In this document: piece after piece, positions 15,895 through 25,982 of the stretch
How the letters are laid out: each line of letters starts with the position of its first letter
How positions within the stretch are numbered: position 1 is the stretch's first letter
Origin: Thermoanaerobaculia bacterium
Lineage (GTDB): Bacteria > Acidobacteriota > Thermoanaerobaculia > Multivoradales > UBA5704
Length of the DNA stretch: 64,000 bases
Direction of reading: 5' to 3'
NCBI GenBank assembly: GCA_036002325.1
Contig: DASYTJ010000087.1
Coordinates: 149,188-213,187 of the forward strand
The notes under the pieces: generated by a model
What the model was told of the DNA's origin: nothing
The model's input: only the letters and a program-made list of their open reading frames with translations
The model's database searches: none
Position numbers and translations under genes: made by a program

Positions 15895-17556
15895 TCACTG
15901 ATACTTCAAGATGACCCGGCGAGCGAACCGGTCTTGCAAGGCTTGAATCCCGCGGTCGCTGAACGCATTCCTGGCGACCTCCAGCCGGGCCAGCCGCGCC
16001 AGGGAGGGAGCACTCGCGAGGAGCTCGGCTTCCACATCCCCGAGCTCGGAATAGTTGAGATTGAGCGCTCTGAGGTTGCCAAGGTATGGGGAGGCAACGA
16101 GAGCCTCGATTCCCCGGCGTCCGGGCCGGCTGCCGTGCAATTTGAGCTGCCGCAGCCGGGAGAGGCTCGGCGCATTCGCCAGCGCCACGACTCCGGCCTC
16201 GCCGATGCCCGCATTGAACAGGTCGAGCAGTCTCAGGTCCGTCAGACCAGGGCAGGCCGTCAGCATGGCAATGCCCTGGTCGAGGACACGATTGTCACCC
16301 AGGCCGAGAGCCTGTAATCGAGACAGATCGGGCGATTCCAAAAGCGCCCGCAAACCCCGTTCGCCGATCTGGTTGCGGTTGAGGTTGAGCACCTGCAACT
16401 GCGATAGCCAGGCCGAGCCCACGATAGCCTCGACGCCCGCATCTCCAATGCTGTTGTCGTCCAGATCGAGCATCCGCAGCCTGGTCCAGTGTGAGGCGCG
16501 GGCCAGAGCCTTCGCTCCGTCATCACCAAAATCGTTGTACCCGAGAGCGAGCACTTCCAGCCCGAACAAGTAGGGCGAAGCCGCCAAAGCCTCGATCCCC
16601 GGTACGCCGATACCGCCGCTGCTCAGGCCGAGCATCCGCAGCCCGGCCACGCGCGGTGAGTCTGCCAGCACGGTCACACCTGCATCCCGCAACTTACAGG
16701 AGAGGAGGTCGGTGTCTCCTCCAAGCCATAGTCCGGTCAGCCTCTCCATCAGGGGGGATCCAGCCAAGGTCTCAACTCCTTGCCGATCCCTGAGGAAGGG
16801 GTTGCTGCCCAGGTTCAGAGCCGTGAGCCGCGGTAGATGCGGAGAGTAAGTCAAGGCCTCGACGCCGCGGCGGCCGATGTCGTGACAGCTCAAGCCCAAG
16901 GTGGTCAGGCGGGACAGATACGGACAGGATGCCAGCGCGCCGAGATCCTTGTCGGTAATGCAGTCCATGTTGTAGTGATAAATCGCCATTCCGCCGAGAT
17001 CGAGAGCCTTCAGCCGGGCCACCGCAGGCAGGGCAACAAGGGATTTCATCAGTCCGGCCGGGCGATAGAGCCAGACGTTCTGCACCGGGGCCGACCGGAA
17101 GAGGCGGTCCGCGTCGTTCACGAACGCTCGTCCTTCCATGTAGACCGTGTCGACAAGCCCGCGATGGAACTGCCAGCCATACAGGGGCTTCTCGATCTGC
17201 CTCGGACGCTCCTGGAAGTCCCGCAGCTCGCCCGGGCTCATGCGACATGGCCGGACGGATTCTTGTACGGGACGGATCCAGGTCTCTTCGTGCAGGTCCA
17301 GCAACTGTTGTTCGCGATCGAGCAGATCGGACGGCACCGCCGCCGTCAAGCTGGGCAGGTCGCAGTTCCAATCCTCGAACAGCCAATGCGGGAAGGTGGG
17401 AAGGACCGGATCCCGGGGAACCTTGGCCAGCTCACACTGGACGCGGATGAGCTCGGCGCGCGGATTACCATTCAGACCATCGGCAAGAGCCAGGCGCGGA
17501 CCATCGTCGTCCGGATTCTCCAGAATCGCTTCGAAAAAAGCGTCTTCACCGGGCAT
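15895..17556 (-). CDS. TIGR02996 repeat-companion domain protein with leucine-rich (RNI-like) repeats
   Basis: N-terminus MPGEDAFFEAILENPDDDGPRLALADGL matches the TIGR02996 signature. It is followed by ~15 LRR-like units of ~24 aa (LxxLxLxxNxIGDxGxxAL). Confidence 0.7.
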   Translation of the reverse strand: MPGEDAFFEAILENPDDDGPRLALADGLNGNPRAELIRVQCELAKVPRDPVLPTFPHWLFEDWNCDLPSLTAAVPSDLLDREQQLLDLHEETWIRPVQESVRPCRMSPGELRDFQERPRQIEKPLYGWQFHRGLVDTVYMEGRAFVNDADRLFRSAPVQNVWLYRPAGLMKSLVALPAVARLKALDLGGMAIYHYNMDCITDKDLGALASCPYLSRLTTLGLSCHDIGRRGVEALTYSPHLPRLTALNLGSNPFLRDRQGVETLAGSPLMERLTGLWLGGDTDLLSCKLRDAGVTVLADSPRVAGLRMLGLSSGGIGVPGIEALAASPYLFGLEVLALGYNDFGDDGAKALARASHWTRLRMLDLDDNSIGDAGVEAIVGSAWLSQLQVLNLNRNQIGERGLRALLESPDLSRLQALGLGDNRVLDQGIAMLTACPGLTDLRLLDLFNAGIGEAGVVALANAPSLSRLRQLKLHGSRPGRRGIEALVASPYLGNLRALNLNYSELGDVEAELLASAPSLARLARLEVARNAFSDRGIQALQDRFARRVILKYQ

Positions 17557-17569
17557 GTAAAGTCCTCCC

Positions 17570-19678
17570 TTACCCCGCCTTCGCCCGCGCCTCCGCCTTG
17601 TCCACTACCATCTCCGTCAGCTTGGCCGTGCGGGAGACCGCGCGGCCGATGGCCTGCAACAGGGCGATGCGGTTGGCGCGCACCCCTTCGTCCTCGGCCA
17701 TCACCAGCACCTCGACGAAGAAGCGATCCAGCACCGGCGCCAGATCGGCGATGCGGCGCAGGCAGCGCTCGTAGTCGGCGGCCGCGGCGGCCTCGTCGAT
17801 ATCGGCGCGCAGCTCCTCGAAGGCGGCGGCGAGGTCCTTCTCCGCCGGCTCGGCAAGGAGCACTTCGTCGAGCGGTTGCTCGGCGGCGTCCTTGACGATG
17901 TTGGCGATGCGCTTGGCCGCCAGCACGACGGAAAGGAAGGCGGCCTCTTCGCGCACCTGGTGCAAGGCGTCCACTCGCGCCTTGAGGTCCGGCAGGCTGG
18001 AGACGCCCACGGCGAGGGCCGCCTCGATCTCGTCGTAGGCATAGCCGGCGAGGCCGAGGAGGTAGCGAATGCGGTCAAAGAGGAAGGGGCGCAGATCGTC
18101 CAGGATCTCCTCGGCGCTGCGAGTCAGCTTGTCGCCATAGAGGCGGGCCGCCTCGGCGGCAACCTTCCCGAGATCGACCGCCAGGCCGCCTTCGAGCGCG
18201 ATGCGCACCACCCCCTGGGCGGCGCGGCGGAGACCGAAGGGGTCCCTGCTGCCGGTGGGAATGAGGCCGAGGCCGAAGATCCCCACCAAGGTATCCATGC
18301 GATCGGCGAGCCCCGTGACCTGACCTGCCCGGCCGCGAGGGATGCGGTCGTCGGTCGACGCAGGGAGGTACTGGTCGTAGACCGCCTGCCAGATCTCCTC
18401 CGGTTGACCCTCCTCGCGGGCGTAGATGCCCCCCATCACGCCTTGGAGGGAGGTGAACTCCTTGACCATCTCGGTCGCGAGGTCCACCTTGAGCAGGCGG
18501 GCCGCTTGGGCCGCCCGTGGCTTCTCTTCCGCCCAGCCGAGCTGGTCACAGATGAATGCGGAGAGGGCGACCAGCCGCTCGGTCTTGGCGGCGTAGCTCC
18601 CCAGACGCTCGTGGAAGGCGAGGCGCGCGAGCTGCTCGGCGCGATGGGCGAGCCCCGCCTTGCGGTCCTCGCCGTAGAAGAAGCGGGCGTCGGCCAGACG
18701 TGCGGCCACCACCCACTCGTTGCCCGAGCGGGCACGGCCCTGCTCGTCGTCCGGCCGGTCCATGACGGTGAGGAAGTACGGCAGGAGCCCGCCATCACCG
18801 TTGGGAGCGGCCACCGTCAGCGCGCTCTGGTGGTCGCGCAGGCTGGTCGACAGGACCTCGGCCGGCAGCTCCATAAAGGTGTCGCCGAAGCGGCCTTCCA
18901 GCACGCCGGGGATCTCGCAGATGGCGGTGAGCTTGTCGAGCAGGACGGGATCGTCGACCAGCCGGCCGCCCAAGGCTTCCGCCCGCGAGCGCATGGTCTC
19001 GTGGAGGACTCGTCGACGCTCCTCCGGCCGCACCTCGACCTGGCGCGCGGCGAGCTGGCGTTTGTAGTCTTCGGCGCCGGCCACGCGGAACGGCTCGGGC
19101 GAGAGAATGGGATGACCCTCCGTCTCATCGCCGGCCGCGACGCCGAAAAAATCAAACGGCACCACAGCACCGTCGAACAGGGAAACGACGCCGTGAACCG
19201 GCCGCACCCAAGGGCCTTCTCCACTCCCCCAGCGCATGGTCTTGGCCCAGGAGATGGCGGCGAGCACGCGCGGCACGACTTCGGCCAGCACCTCGCGGGT
19301 GGGACGGCCGTCGATCTTCTTGCTGGCGGCCAGATACTCGCCCTTGTCCGTCTTCACCCGTGCCAGCTCCTCGGGAGCCACCCCGGTGCGCTTGGCGAAG
19401 CCGAGCAGGGCCGGGGTCGGCGAGCCGTCGGCGGCGAAAGCGGCGCGCACCGGCGGCCCCATCACCTGCTCCTCGCGGTCGGGTTCGCGCTCGGGAAGTC
19501 CGGCGAGGATCAGCACCAGCCGGCGCGGGGTGAAGCCGGTCTCCACCTCGCGGGGACCGATGCTGCGCGCCATCAGCTCCTCGAAGACGCGCGTCGCCAG
19601 CTCGCGCACCCCGGGCTCCAGCATGCGGGCCGGGATCTCCTCGCTCCTCACCTCCAACAGATATTCACCGCGCGGCAT
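17570..19678 (-). CDS. glyS: Glycine--tRNA ligase beta subunit
   Basis: 702 aa beginning [19 protein letters not shown], typical of GlyS. It overlaps the glyQ stop by 14 bp. Confidence 0.9.
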   Translation of the reverse strand: MPRGEYLLEVRSEEIPARMLEPGVRELATRVFEELMARSIGPREVETGFTPRRLVLILAGLPEREPDREEQVMGPPVRAAFAADGSPTPALLGFAKRTGVAPEELARVKTDKGEYLAASKKIDGRPTREVLAEVVPRVLAAISWAKTMRWGSGEGPWVRPVHGVVSLFDGAVVPFDFFGVAAGDETEGHPILSPEPFRVAGAEDYKRQLAARQVEVRPEERRRVLHETMRSRAEALGGRLVDDPVLLDKLTAICEIPGVLEGRFGDTFMELPAEVLSTSLRDHQSALTVAAPNGDGGLLPYFLTVMDRPDDEQGRARSGNEWVVAARLADARFFYGEDRKAGLAHRAEQLARLAFHERLGSYAAKTERLVALSAFICDQLGWAEEKPRAAQAARLLKVDLATEMVKEFTSLQGVMGGIYAREEGQPEEIWQAVYDQYLPASTDDRIPRGRAGQVTGLADRMDTLVGIFGLGLIPTGSRDPFGLRRAAQGVVRIALEGGLAVDLGKVAAEAARLYGDKLTRSAEEILDDLRPFLFDRIRYLLGLAGYAYDEIEAALAVGVSSLPDLKARVDALHQVREEAAFLSVVLAAKRIANIVKDAAEQPLDEVLLAEPAEKDLAAAFEELRADIDEAAAAADYERCLRRIADLAPVLDRFFVEVLVMAEDEGVRANRIALLQAIGRAVSRTAKLTEMVVDKAEARAKAG

Positions 19679-20591
19679 CGGCCACCTCCGCAGACGCCGC
19701 GTTCATCGCCTCGCGGGCCTCGCCCTGGAGCAGCGGGAAGCCCTGCTTCTCCCGGCTCTCCACGTAGGCCCGGGCGCAGCCGACGGCCAGGTCGCGCACC
19801 CGCTTCATCAGGCCCACCCGCTCGGTCACCGAGACGGCGCCGCGGGCGTCGAGCACGTTGAAGAGGTGCGAGCACTTCAAGGCGCATTCGTAGGCGGGCA
19901 GCACGAGGCCGGCCTCCAGGCAGCGGTTCGCCTCGCGCTCCCAGCCCTCGAACTGGCTCTGCAGAAACGGCACGTCCGCCAGCTCGAAGTAGTAGCGGGA
20001 CAGCTCGTACTCCTCCTGCTTGCGCACCTGGCCGTAGTCGATGCCCGCCACCCAGTCGATCTCGTAGATGCTCTGCGAGAGCGACAGGAACATGGTGAGC
20101 CGCTCCAGGCCATAGGTGATCTCGGCGCTGATCGGCTTGAGCTCCAGGCCTCCCGCCTGCTGGAAATAGGTGAACTGGGTGATCTCCATGCCGTCGAGCA
20201 TCACCTGCCAGCCGACGCCCCAAGCGCCGAGCGTCGGCGCCTCCCAGTTGTCCTCCTCGAAACGCAGGTCGTGCTTCGTGAGGTCGAGCCCGATCGCCTC
20301 CAGGCTGCGCACGTAGAGCCGCTGGATGTCGAGCGGCGAAGGCTTCAGGATCACCTGGAACTGGTGATGCTTGCCGAGCCGGAACGGGTTGTCGCCGTAG
20401 CGGCCGTCGGCGGGCCGGCGCGACGGCTGCACGTAGGCCACGCGCCAGGGCTCCGGCCCCAGCACGCGCAGGAAGGTGTCCGGGTGCATGGTGCCCGCGC
20501 CCACCTCCAGGTCAAGCGGCTGCTGCAGCACGCAGCCCTCGCGAGCCCAGAACTCCGACAGCTTGAGAATCAACTCCTGGAACGTTTGCAT
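19665..20591 (-). CDS. glyQ: Glycine--tRNA ligase alpha subunit
   Basis: 308 aa, [20 protein letters not shown]..., highly conserved GlyQ. Confidence 0.9.
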   Translation of the reverse strand: MQTFQELILKLSEFWAREGCVLQQPLDLEVGAGTMHPDTFLRVLGPEPWRVAYVQPSRRPADGRYGDNPFRLGKHHQFQVILKPSPLDIQRLYVRSLEAIGLDLTKHDLRFEEDNWEAPTLGAWGVGWQVMLDGMEITQFTYFQQAGGLELKPISAEITYGLERLTMFLSLSQSIYEIDWVAGIDYGQVRKQEEYELSRYYFELADVPFLQSQFEGWEREANRCLEAGLVLPAYECALKCSHLFNVLDARGAVSVTERVGLMKRVRDLAVGCARAYVESREKQGFPLLQGEAREAMNAASAEVADAAR

Positions 20592-20609
20592 GATGAGCGC
20601 GAGAGCGTA

Positions 20610-21372
20610 TCAGACCTTCGCCAGCGTCGCCTGCATCACCTCGTAGCTCCTCAGCTCGTGCTGCAGGAAATGCCGCCGCACGTGAGCGCAGAGGTTCTCG
20701 ATCTCGTGCAGCACGGCGGCCGGAGGCACCCGCTTTGCCACAGCCGGCAGGCTCTCATGGCTGATGCGGCGCAGGAACTCCAGCGACGCGGGAGAGACCG
20801 CGAAACCGCTGCGGCCGCCGCAGTCCAGGCACAGCAGCATCTCTCCGGAGCGCGGCAGCATGGCTCCCTCCGGCGGGAACGGCGAGCCGCAGGAGGGACA
20901 CGCCTCGGGCGCGGGGAAGATCCCCGCCAGCCGCAGCATCCAGGCCTCGAAGTAGCGGGCGGCGAGATCGCGGTCCACCCCGGCCAGCAAGGCTTGCACG
21001 GTGGCGTCGAGCAGCCGGTAGAAGTGGTCGGAGGCCTCCCCCTCCTGCGCGAACTCCAGCAGGTGGTCGGCGAGATAGCTGCCGAGCAGGATCCCTTCGA
21101 GGTCCGTCTGCAGCGGATGGGCCGTGCGCACCAGCTCCACGGAGGAGATCCGCGACAGGTCCCTCCCCTCCTTCTCGAACCAGGTCACCTGCGCCTTGGC
21201 GAGCGGCTGGAGCTGGCCGCCGAAGCGGCTGTGCTTCACTCGCGCGCCTTTCGCCACCCCCTTCTTCTTGCCGTGCTCGCGGGTGAGAAAGGTGACGATG
21301 CGGTCGCGATCGTAGAGGTCCGTTACGTCGAGGATCAGCGCCTCGGCGGTCTGCAAAGCCATCGCGTGCATG
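20610..21372 (-). CDS. recO: DNA repair protein RecO
   Basis: C-terminal 250-253 codons of ORF 20610..21962: M(HAM)ALQTAEALILDVTDLYDRDRIVTFLTREHGKKKGVAKGAR matches the RecO N-terminus, and a Zn-finger CxxC...CxxC region is present. The upstream 200 codons of the same open frame lie in the repeat array and are probably not coding. Confidence 0.8.
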
Positions 21373-21479
21373 CTAGCACAAGGCGCCGGCCGGAATCGGG
21401 TAAGTTGTTGATTCAGAGGAACTAATCCAGGGATTACGACACCTGCCGCCGCCTCCGGCGGACGGTCTGACGGAGCCGG

Positions 21480-21880
21480 CGCACGGTCCACCCGCGACGG
21501 CGCACCATGCAACGGGGCCGCCAGCACGTGCAACGGCGCCGTTGTACCGTGCGCCGGAGGCGGCGGTAGGCGCGCCGGCGCCGTTGCGCCGTCCGCCGGC
21601 TGCCTCGCACCGGCCAACGGACTCCTCGCACCGTCGGCCGGTCCCCTCGCGCCATGCAAGGCCTCCGTTGCCCCGTGCGAGGGAGCCGTTGCACCGTGTA
21701 AGGGAGCCGTTGCACCGCGCGAGGAAGGCCTCGCACGGCGCGAGGAACCCCGTGGGCGTTGCCACCGCTCCCTTGCACCGTGCGAGGCATCCGTTGCGCT
21801 CTGCGAGGGACCCGTCGGACGTTGCGAGCGGTCCGTTGGGCCGCTCAAGGCAGCCGTCGCTCCGTACAAGGCAAAGGTCC
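21480..21880. repeat. Array of ~15 degenerate 21-bp units (consensus CCGTTGCACCGTGCGAGGGAG) in both orientations, including near-palindromes
   Basis: Read directly. Forward tandem units run at 21661-21876, each starting CCGT(T/C)G and ending GCGAGGRAG or CAAGG. Reverse-oriented units (GCACCATGCAACGG, GCACGTGCAACGG, CCTCGCACCGGCCAACGG...) lie at 21501-21660. A near-palindrome GCACGTGCAACGGCGCCGTTGTACCGTGC sits at 21524-21552. Confidence 0.8.
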
Positions 21881-21949
21881 AGCGCCGGTGACGCAGGAAC
21901 CTTGACTGAAACTTGCAAGGGAGCCCGCCGGCTAGATACGCTTTCGCTA

Positions 21950-22318
21950 GTGGAAGAACCACCGGCTCATGCGCTCGATTTCCTGAAAAGGGCGATCCAG
22001 GCCCTCGGCTTCACCCAGAGGGAAGTGGAACGCCAGTTGGGGCTGTCGCGGGGCTATCTCTCCCGGCTGTTCAGGGGTCGGATCGAGCTCAAAACGGATC
22101 ACGTGGTGCAGATCGCCAGAGCGCTCCAGGTGGATCCCAACGAGTTCTACCGGCTGGCGTTCCGGAAGTCCATCGGCGAGCCCTACAGGGAAACTCAGCG
22201 CCTGCAACAGACGACCGGTCTCCTGGCTCCGGAGCCGTCGCCCGAGGAGCTCGCGGAGATCCAGAAGGACATCGAACGGATCGTGAAGCGGGCGCTCGAC
22301 AGAAAGCAGGGATCGTGA
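21950..22318 (+). CDS. XRE-family helix-turn-helix transcriptional regulator
   Basis: HTH_3-like segment ALDFLKRAIQALGFTQREVERQLGLSRGYLSRLFRGRIELKTDHVVQIARALQVDPNEFYRL. Taken from an in-frame GTG start at 21950. The ORF is open upstream to 21542 through the repeat array, so the start is uncertain. Confidence 0.5.
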   Translation: MEEPPAHALDFLKRAIQALGFTQREVERQLGLSRGYLSRLFRGRIELKTDHVVQIARALQVDPNEFYRLAFRKSIGEPYRETQRLQQTTGLLAPEPSPEELAEIQKDIERIVKRALDRKQGS

Positions 22319-22366
22319 AGCTGCCCTGCGATTGGGCCAGCGTTTCTGGAGATTGCCGGCATCGCT

Positions 22367-23743
22367 CTACTCCTCCCACGCCCGCGCCTCGAAACGCAGG
22401 TTGGGGCCGAAGTCCGCGTGCCACCGCAGGAAGTCCGCCACCTCCAGCACCTTGGCCACCGTGGCGGTCCGCATCCGGAAGGCGTCGCGCAGCAGGATGA
22501 CCGCCTGCAGGGCCTCGCGCTGGATTTCGAGCGTCGAGAACAGCGTGGCCGCTTCGGTGGCGAGATGCTCCGCCTCCCTCCCCCTCCCTTGGGCAAGGAG
22601 AGAAGCCGTGAGGTCGAGCATGGCGATGCCGGCGAAAACCGAAAGGCCAGCCTGGGCATACCCTTCCCGTACCTCGCGGAACAAGGCCTCCGCCCGCTGG
22701 TAGCCGCCCTCGCCAAAGGCGATGCGCGCCTCCAGATGCCGAAACTTGATCCGATTGATACGCCCTCCGGGATGCAACAGGCGGCGGGAGTGGAGGAGCC
22801 GGTGCTTCTTCGCTTCCGCGATGCGGCCGCTGTCCACCAAATAGAGGATGAGATTGTGGGCGGCGGCGCAGGCGAGGCCGGGATCGCGCTCCGTGTCGAT
22901 CATCTCCAGGCTCTGCTTCTGGCGCTGGACGGCGAGATCGAAGCGGCCTTCGAGATAGGCGTAAACGCCGAGCTTGACCAGCGTGTAGCCGACGAGGTGC
23001 CGGTCGCCCCGCCCTTGATGGAAGGTGAGCATCTGGTGGAGCTTCTGCGTGGCGGGGCCGAAACTCCCGCGCTGAGCCAGCAAGGTGGCTTCGAACTCCA
23101 GGAGCCGCATCTCCAGCAGGCGGTCGCCGGTGCCCTGCTCGAAGAGGTGCCGGGCATCCCCCAGGAATTCGCGCGCGTCGCCGAACCGGCTGGTCACGCG
23201 GCAGGCGTTGCCGAGGTCGGCGTAGGCCCGGGCCTGGAGGTCGCACCTCAAGGGCCGGCCGTAGATGGCCTCGTCCAACCGAAAGGAAGCCACCACTCCC
23301 TGCTCGGCGAGCTCGATCATCCGCGCAGGGTCCTCGAAGCGGAGCTGCCAGCTCCGGTCGAGCAAGGCCCACATGCGAGCCAGGGGTTGCATGGCGCGGG
23401 GGAGCTTGCGGCCGGCGGCGAGGAGCTTCAGGCACCGGTCTGCCTCCGCCCGCTGCTCCCGCAGATGGCGGGCGAGCGCCAGCGGTTTCGCGGCCGCCCG
23501 CTCGATGACGGCCTCATACGCGGCCCCCTCTTCCGGGGTAGGCCGCCGCGCCGGCGCCAGGCCCAGCAGCGTGGTGAGCGCCGGCGGCAGCGAGGCGAGG
23601 CACGCCGGGCACCGCGCGAACAGGAGGTGGCGCACGACCTCTTTCTCCCGGCTCGGCGGCAGGCGTTCCTGGCCGAGAGCCGACAGCTCCTCACCGCTCG
23701 GGTGCTCCGATCCTCTGGTCTTCACTGGGGAGACTATTATCAC
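22367..23743 (-). CDS. TPR-like repeat protein
   Basis: 458 aa of helical repeat-like sequence with multiple LxxAxxxxG/AY patterns. It is convergent with the XRE gene. The minus ORF 22089..23435 and the + ORF 22418..24346 overlapping it are shadows. Confidence 0.5.
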   Translation of the reverse strand: MIIVSPVKTRGSEHPSGEELSALGQERLPPSREKEVVRHLLFARCPACLASLPPALTTLLGLAPARRPTPEEGAAYEAVIERAAAKPLALARHLREQRAEADRCLKLLAAGRKLPRAMQPLARMWALLDRSWQLRFEDPARMIELAEQGVVASFRLDEAIYGRPLRCDLQARAYADLGNACRVTSRFGDAREFLGDARHLFEQGTGDRLLEMRLLEFEATLLAQRGSFGPATQKLHQMLTFHQGRGDRHLVGYTLVKLGVYAYLEGRFDLAVQRQKQSLEMIDTERDPGLACAAAHNLILYLVDSGRIAEAKKHRLLHSRRLLHPGGRINRIKFRHLEARIAFGEGGYQRAEALFREVREGYAQAGLSVFAGIAMLDLTASLLAQGRGREAEHLATEAATLFSTLEIQREALQAVILLRDAFRMRTATVAKVLEVADFLRWHADFGPNLRFEARAWEE

Positions 23744-23863
23744 ATACGCGGAAGCGAAGGACCAGAGATTCCCGAAAGGGGGGCCCTACTCCGGAGCGCC
23801 GGCCCCGGCCGCTTCGGCCAGGGGGGCCGGGACTCGGCGCTCCGATGGAAATCTCCAGGCCGC

Positions 23864-24172
23864 CTACCCTTGGGGGTCCGTTGCGCTCGTCGAGCTCGTG
23901 GGCGGAGGTTGGGGCGTCGACGTGGCGCTGGAACAGCCACCGGCGGGATCAATTACCGGACCACATTTTTGCATCGGAGGTGGGATGCCGCCCGGCTCCA
24001 CAGGCCCGCCGGTCCCCGGCCAGAGCTGAGCGATCCATTCCAAAGCTCTTTCGAACCAGCCAGGGCCGGTCGTCAGGTCCCTCCAGCCGTCGGCGTGAGC
24101 GGGCGCGGCGAGTGCGAGGACGGCCGCGAGGGCCAGTACGGCGGCGGCGCGCCGGATGCGTTGCAGGTCCAT
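23864..24172 (-). CDS. Small secreted hypothetical protein with a Pro/Ser/Thr-rich tail
   Basis: MDLQRIRRAAAVLALAAVLALAAPAHA|DG... has a signal peptide with an AHA-DG cleavage site. The ATG is preceded by AAGGAGAGGAGAG. Confidence 0.4.
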   Translation of the reverse strand: MDLQRIRRAAAVLALAAVLALAAPAHADGWRDLTTGPGWFERALEWIAQLWPGTGGPVEPGGIPPPMQKCGPVIDPAGGCSSATSTPQPPPTSSTSATDPQG

Positions 24173-24474
24173 CTCTCCTCTCCTTCTGACCGTGGGCCGG
24201 CCGGGAGCCGCCATGGCGCCGACGCCCGCGGCCGTAACAGCCTAGTGTGGCCAACGCTCTCCAGTGTGGCACGGGTGGAAGAATTTCGGGCGCAGGGCGT
24301 ACGAATCTCGTACGCTCACCGCCTCGCCGGCTCCGCTGGAGCATGACCATGAGAGTCGGCGCCGCGACGCCTACGGCAATCAATTCCGCTTCCAGTCGGC
24401 TGCGAAGCTGAAGGTGTTGAGGCCGGCAGGACTAAGGAGCCGTTGTAGGAACCAGGGCTCTTCGACGGGAGCTC

Positions 24475-25764
24475 TCAGTGCTCGTCGAGCTTCTTGCCGT
24501 CCTTCTTCAATTGGGGGTGCTGAAGGAAGGTGGGCTGATCCTCATCGATGACCGTGCGGACTTCGCTGAGGGGAATCGTGAACTTCTCCGGCTCGACCGG
24601 TATGTTGGTTTCAAGACTCTTGACCATGAAGTGGAGGCTGATCATGCGCTTGCCATCATCATCCAATCCCGTCAGGTAAATGTGATGAGGAAATGGATAG
24701 GTGCTGCCTTTGACGCGGAGATAGCGCGTAAAATCAACAACCCGAAAGACCTTACCTCCGGGCCGGACGTACTCGATCTTCGAGACGAGATCACGGTTCG
24801 GCAGGATCGTCACTCGGTAATAGAAGGGACGGCCTTGGAGATCCCCTCCCGGGAGGATCAACTTTCCTTCCTCGCCTTTCTTCACCACGCCTCGCGCCTC
24901 GCCGACCCGCGCTTGCCACCGCGTCTCGTCGGCGATGGCGTCGAGAGTCAACTCACAGGCCGGGCAGCTATCTCCCTCTGGGCTCAGGAAAGCCACCGGG
25001 AGATAAAGGGGATTCATGAAGGGCGCGGGAACCTGAGTTGGAGGCTCTCTGTAAAGCGAGAGTCTGGAATCGGCTTCGAACAGGAGCTGATAGCGCTCTC
25101 CGTCGTACGCCGATACGAGTCCTGAAGCCAGACCGAGCCGCGCGTCCGCCGTCGACCGCGAGCGGTACTTCTGGCCCTCCAGCCAATACTCGAACGCGCC
25201 TTCACCCGTTCGATGAGGGAAGTTGAGCCAGACTCCGGCCTCCAAGTGGGCGGCACGGAGGTTTTTATAAAAACCCCGCAGCCGGTCCAGCGTTCCCTGA
25301 TAGCGGCCGGCAAGCTCGCGGCTGCCCTCTTCTGGAAGGTAGAGGGGCTCGGGCTGGCGTGGGACCTGGGATCGCAAAGCCTTGTCGGCATTCAGCATTT
25401 GGTTCAGCTCGGACACCGAATACTCGCAAGGGACGCCGCCTCCTGCCGGTCCACAGTCGCAAGCTCCCCCGCCTCCCCCGGCTGTATCGTCGCAGACACT
25501 CGCACCCAAGAGGTTTCCACAGGCACAACGGAGAATCATGTAGCAGCTGACCGTCCCGCACGCCCCCCCCGTGTTCCAGCCCGAATCCGTATTCGCGAGA
25601 AGGGAGAGAGGCCTCAGACTTGTAGGAATGGCGAGGCAATCCGCCTCCGTAGGGTCGGTGCAGGTTGTCAGGGCTGTGTGGCACTGATAGGGGAGAGCCA
25701 GAACGGGAAGGAGTAAGAAAGCTGCCCCCAAAATGGTGGATTTCGCCCAGCGAGCTTTCGCCAT
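24475..25764 (-). CDS. Secreted Cys-rich hypothetical protein
   Basis: 429 aa with a signal peptide and an N-terminal Cys/Gly-rich segment (CGTVSCYMILRCACGNLLGASVCDDTAGGGGGACDCGPAGGGVPCEY). No confidently recognisable domain. Confidence 0.5.
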   Translation of the reverse strand: MAKARWAKSTILGAAFLLLPVLALPYQCHTALTTCTDPTEADCLAIPTSLRPLSLLANTDSGWNTGGACGTVSCYMILRCACGNLLGASVCDDTAGGGGGACDCGPAGGGVPCEYSVSELNQMLNADKALRSQVPRQPEPLYLPEEGSRELAGRYQGTLDRLRGFYKNLRAAHLEAGVWLNFPHRTGEGAFEYWLEGQKYRSRSTADARLGLASGLVSAYDGERYQLLFEADSRLSLYREPPTQVPAPFMNPLYLPVAFLSPEGDSCPACELTLDAIADETRWQARVGEARGVVKKGEEGKLILPGGDLQGRPFYYRVTILPNRDLVSKIEYVRPGGKVFRVVDFTRYLRVKGSTYPFPHHIYLTGLDDDGKRMISLHFMVKSLETNIPVEPEKFTIPLSEVRTVIDEDQPTFLQHPQLKKDGKKLDEH

Positions 25765-25982
25765 GGCTCATCTCCCTGTGATCAACAGAGGAAGCTTTGC
25801 GTGTTTCCACAACTTTGTCAAGTCTGTAATCGCCTGGGTAGTGCGCGGTTTTGAAATCGGGACCTCTTCCCCTCAACGGCCCCGTGGGCTAGCGTGATCC
25901 CAGGCGGAATGAACCGCCAAGCGGCCCCGGCACGGGACGGAACCCCGCACCGGAGCCTGACCCGGACAGGAGGACACGCCCC

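Noticed and set aside
17876-21425. 661-aa and 729-aa + strand ORFs
   Set aside because: Shadows of glyS, glyQ and recO.
21661-21876. Possible CRISPR array
   Set aside because: The 21-bp units are directly adjacent and degenerate, with no unique spacers of 25-40 bp. No cas genes are nearby.
20610-21962. Full 450-aa RecO ORF including a 200-aa heptad-repeat N-terminus
   Set aside because: Kept only as an alternative. The extra 200 codons are an automatic consequence of a stop-free 21-bp repeat, and the canonical RecO N-terminus begins at the internal Met. The extension would also overlap the XRE gene start.
22089-24346. 448-aa minus and 642-aa + ORFs over the TPR gene
   Set aside because: Alternative frames and antisense of the TPR-protein gene; low-complexity products.
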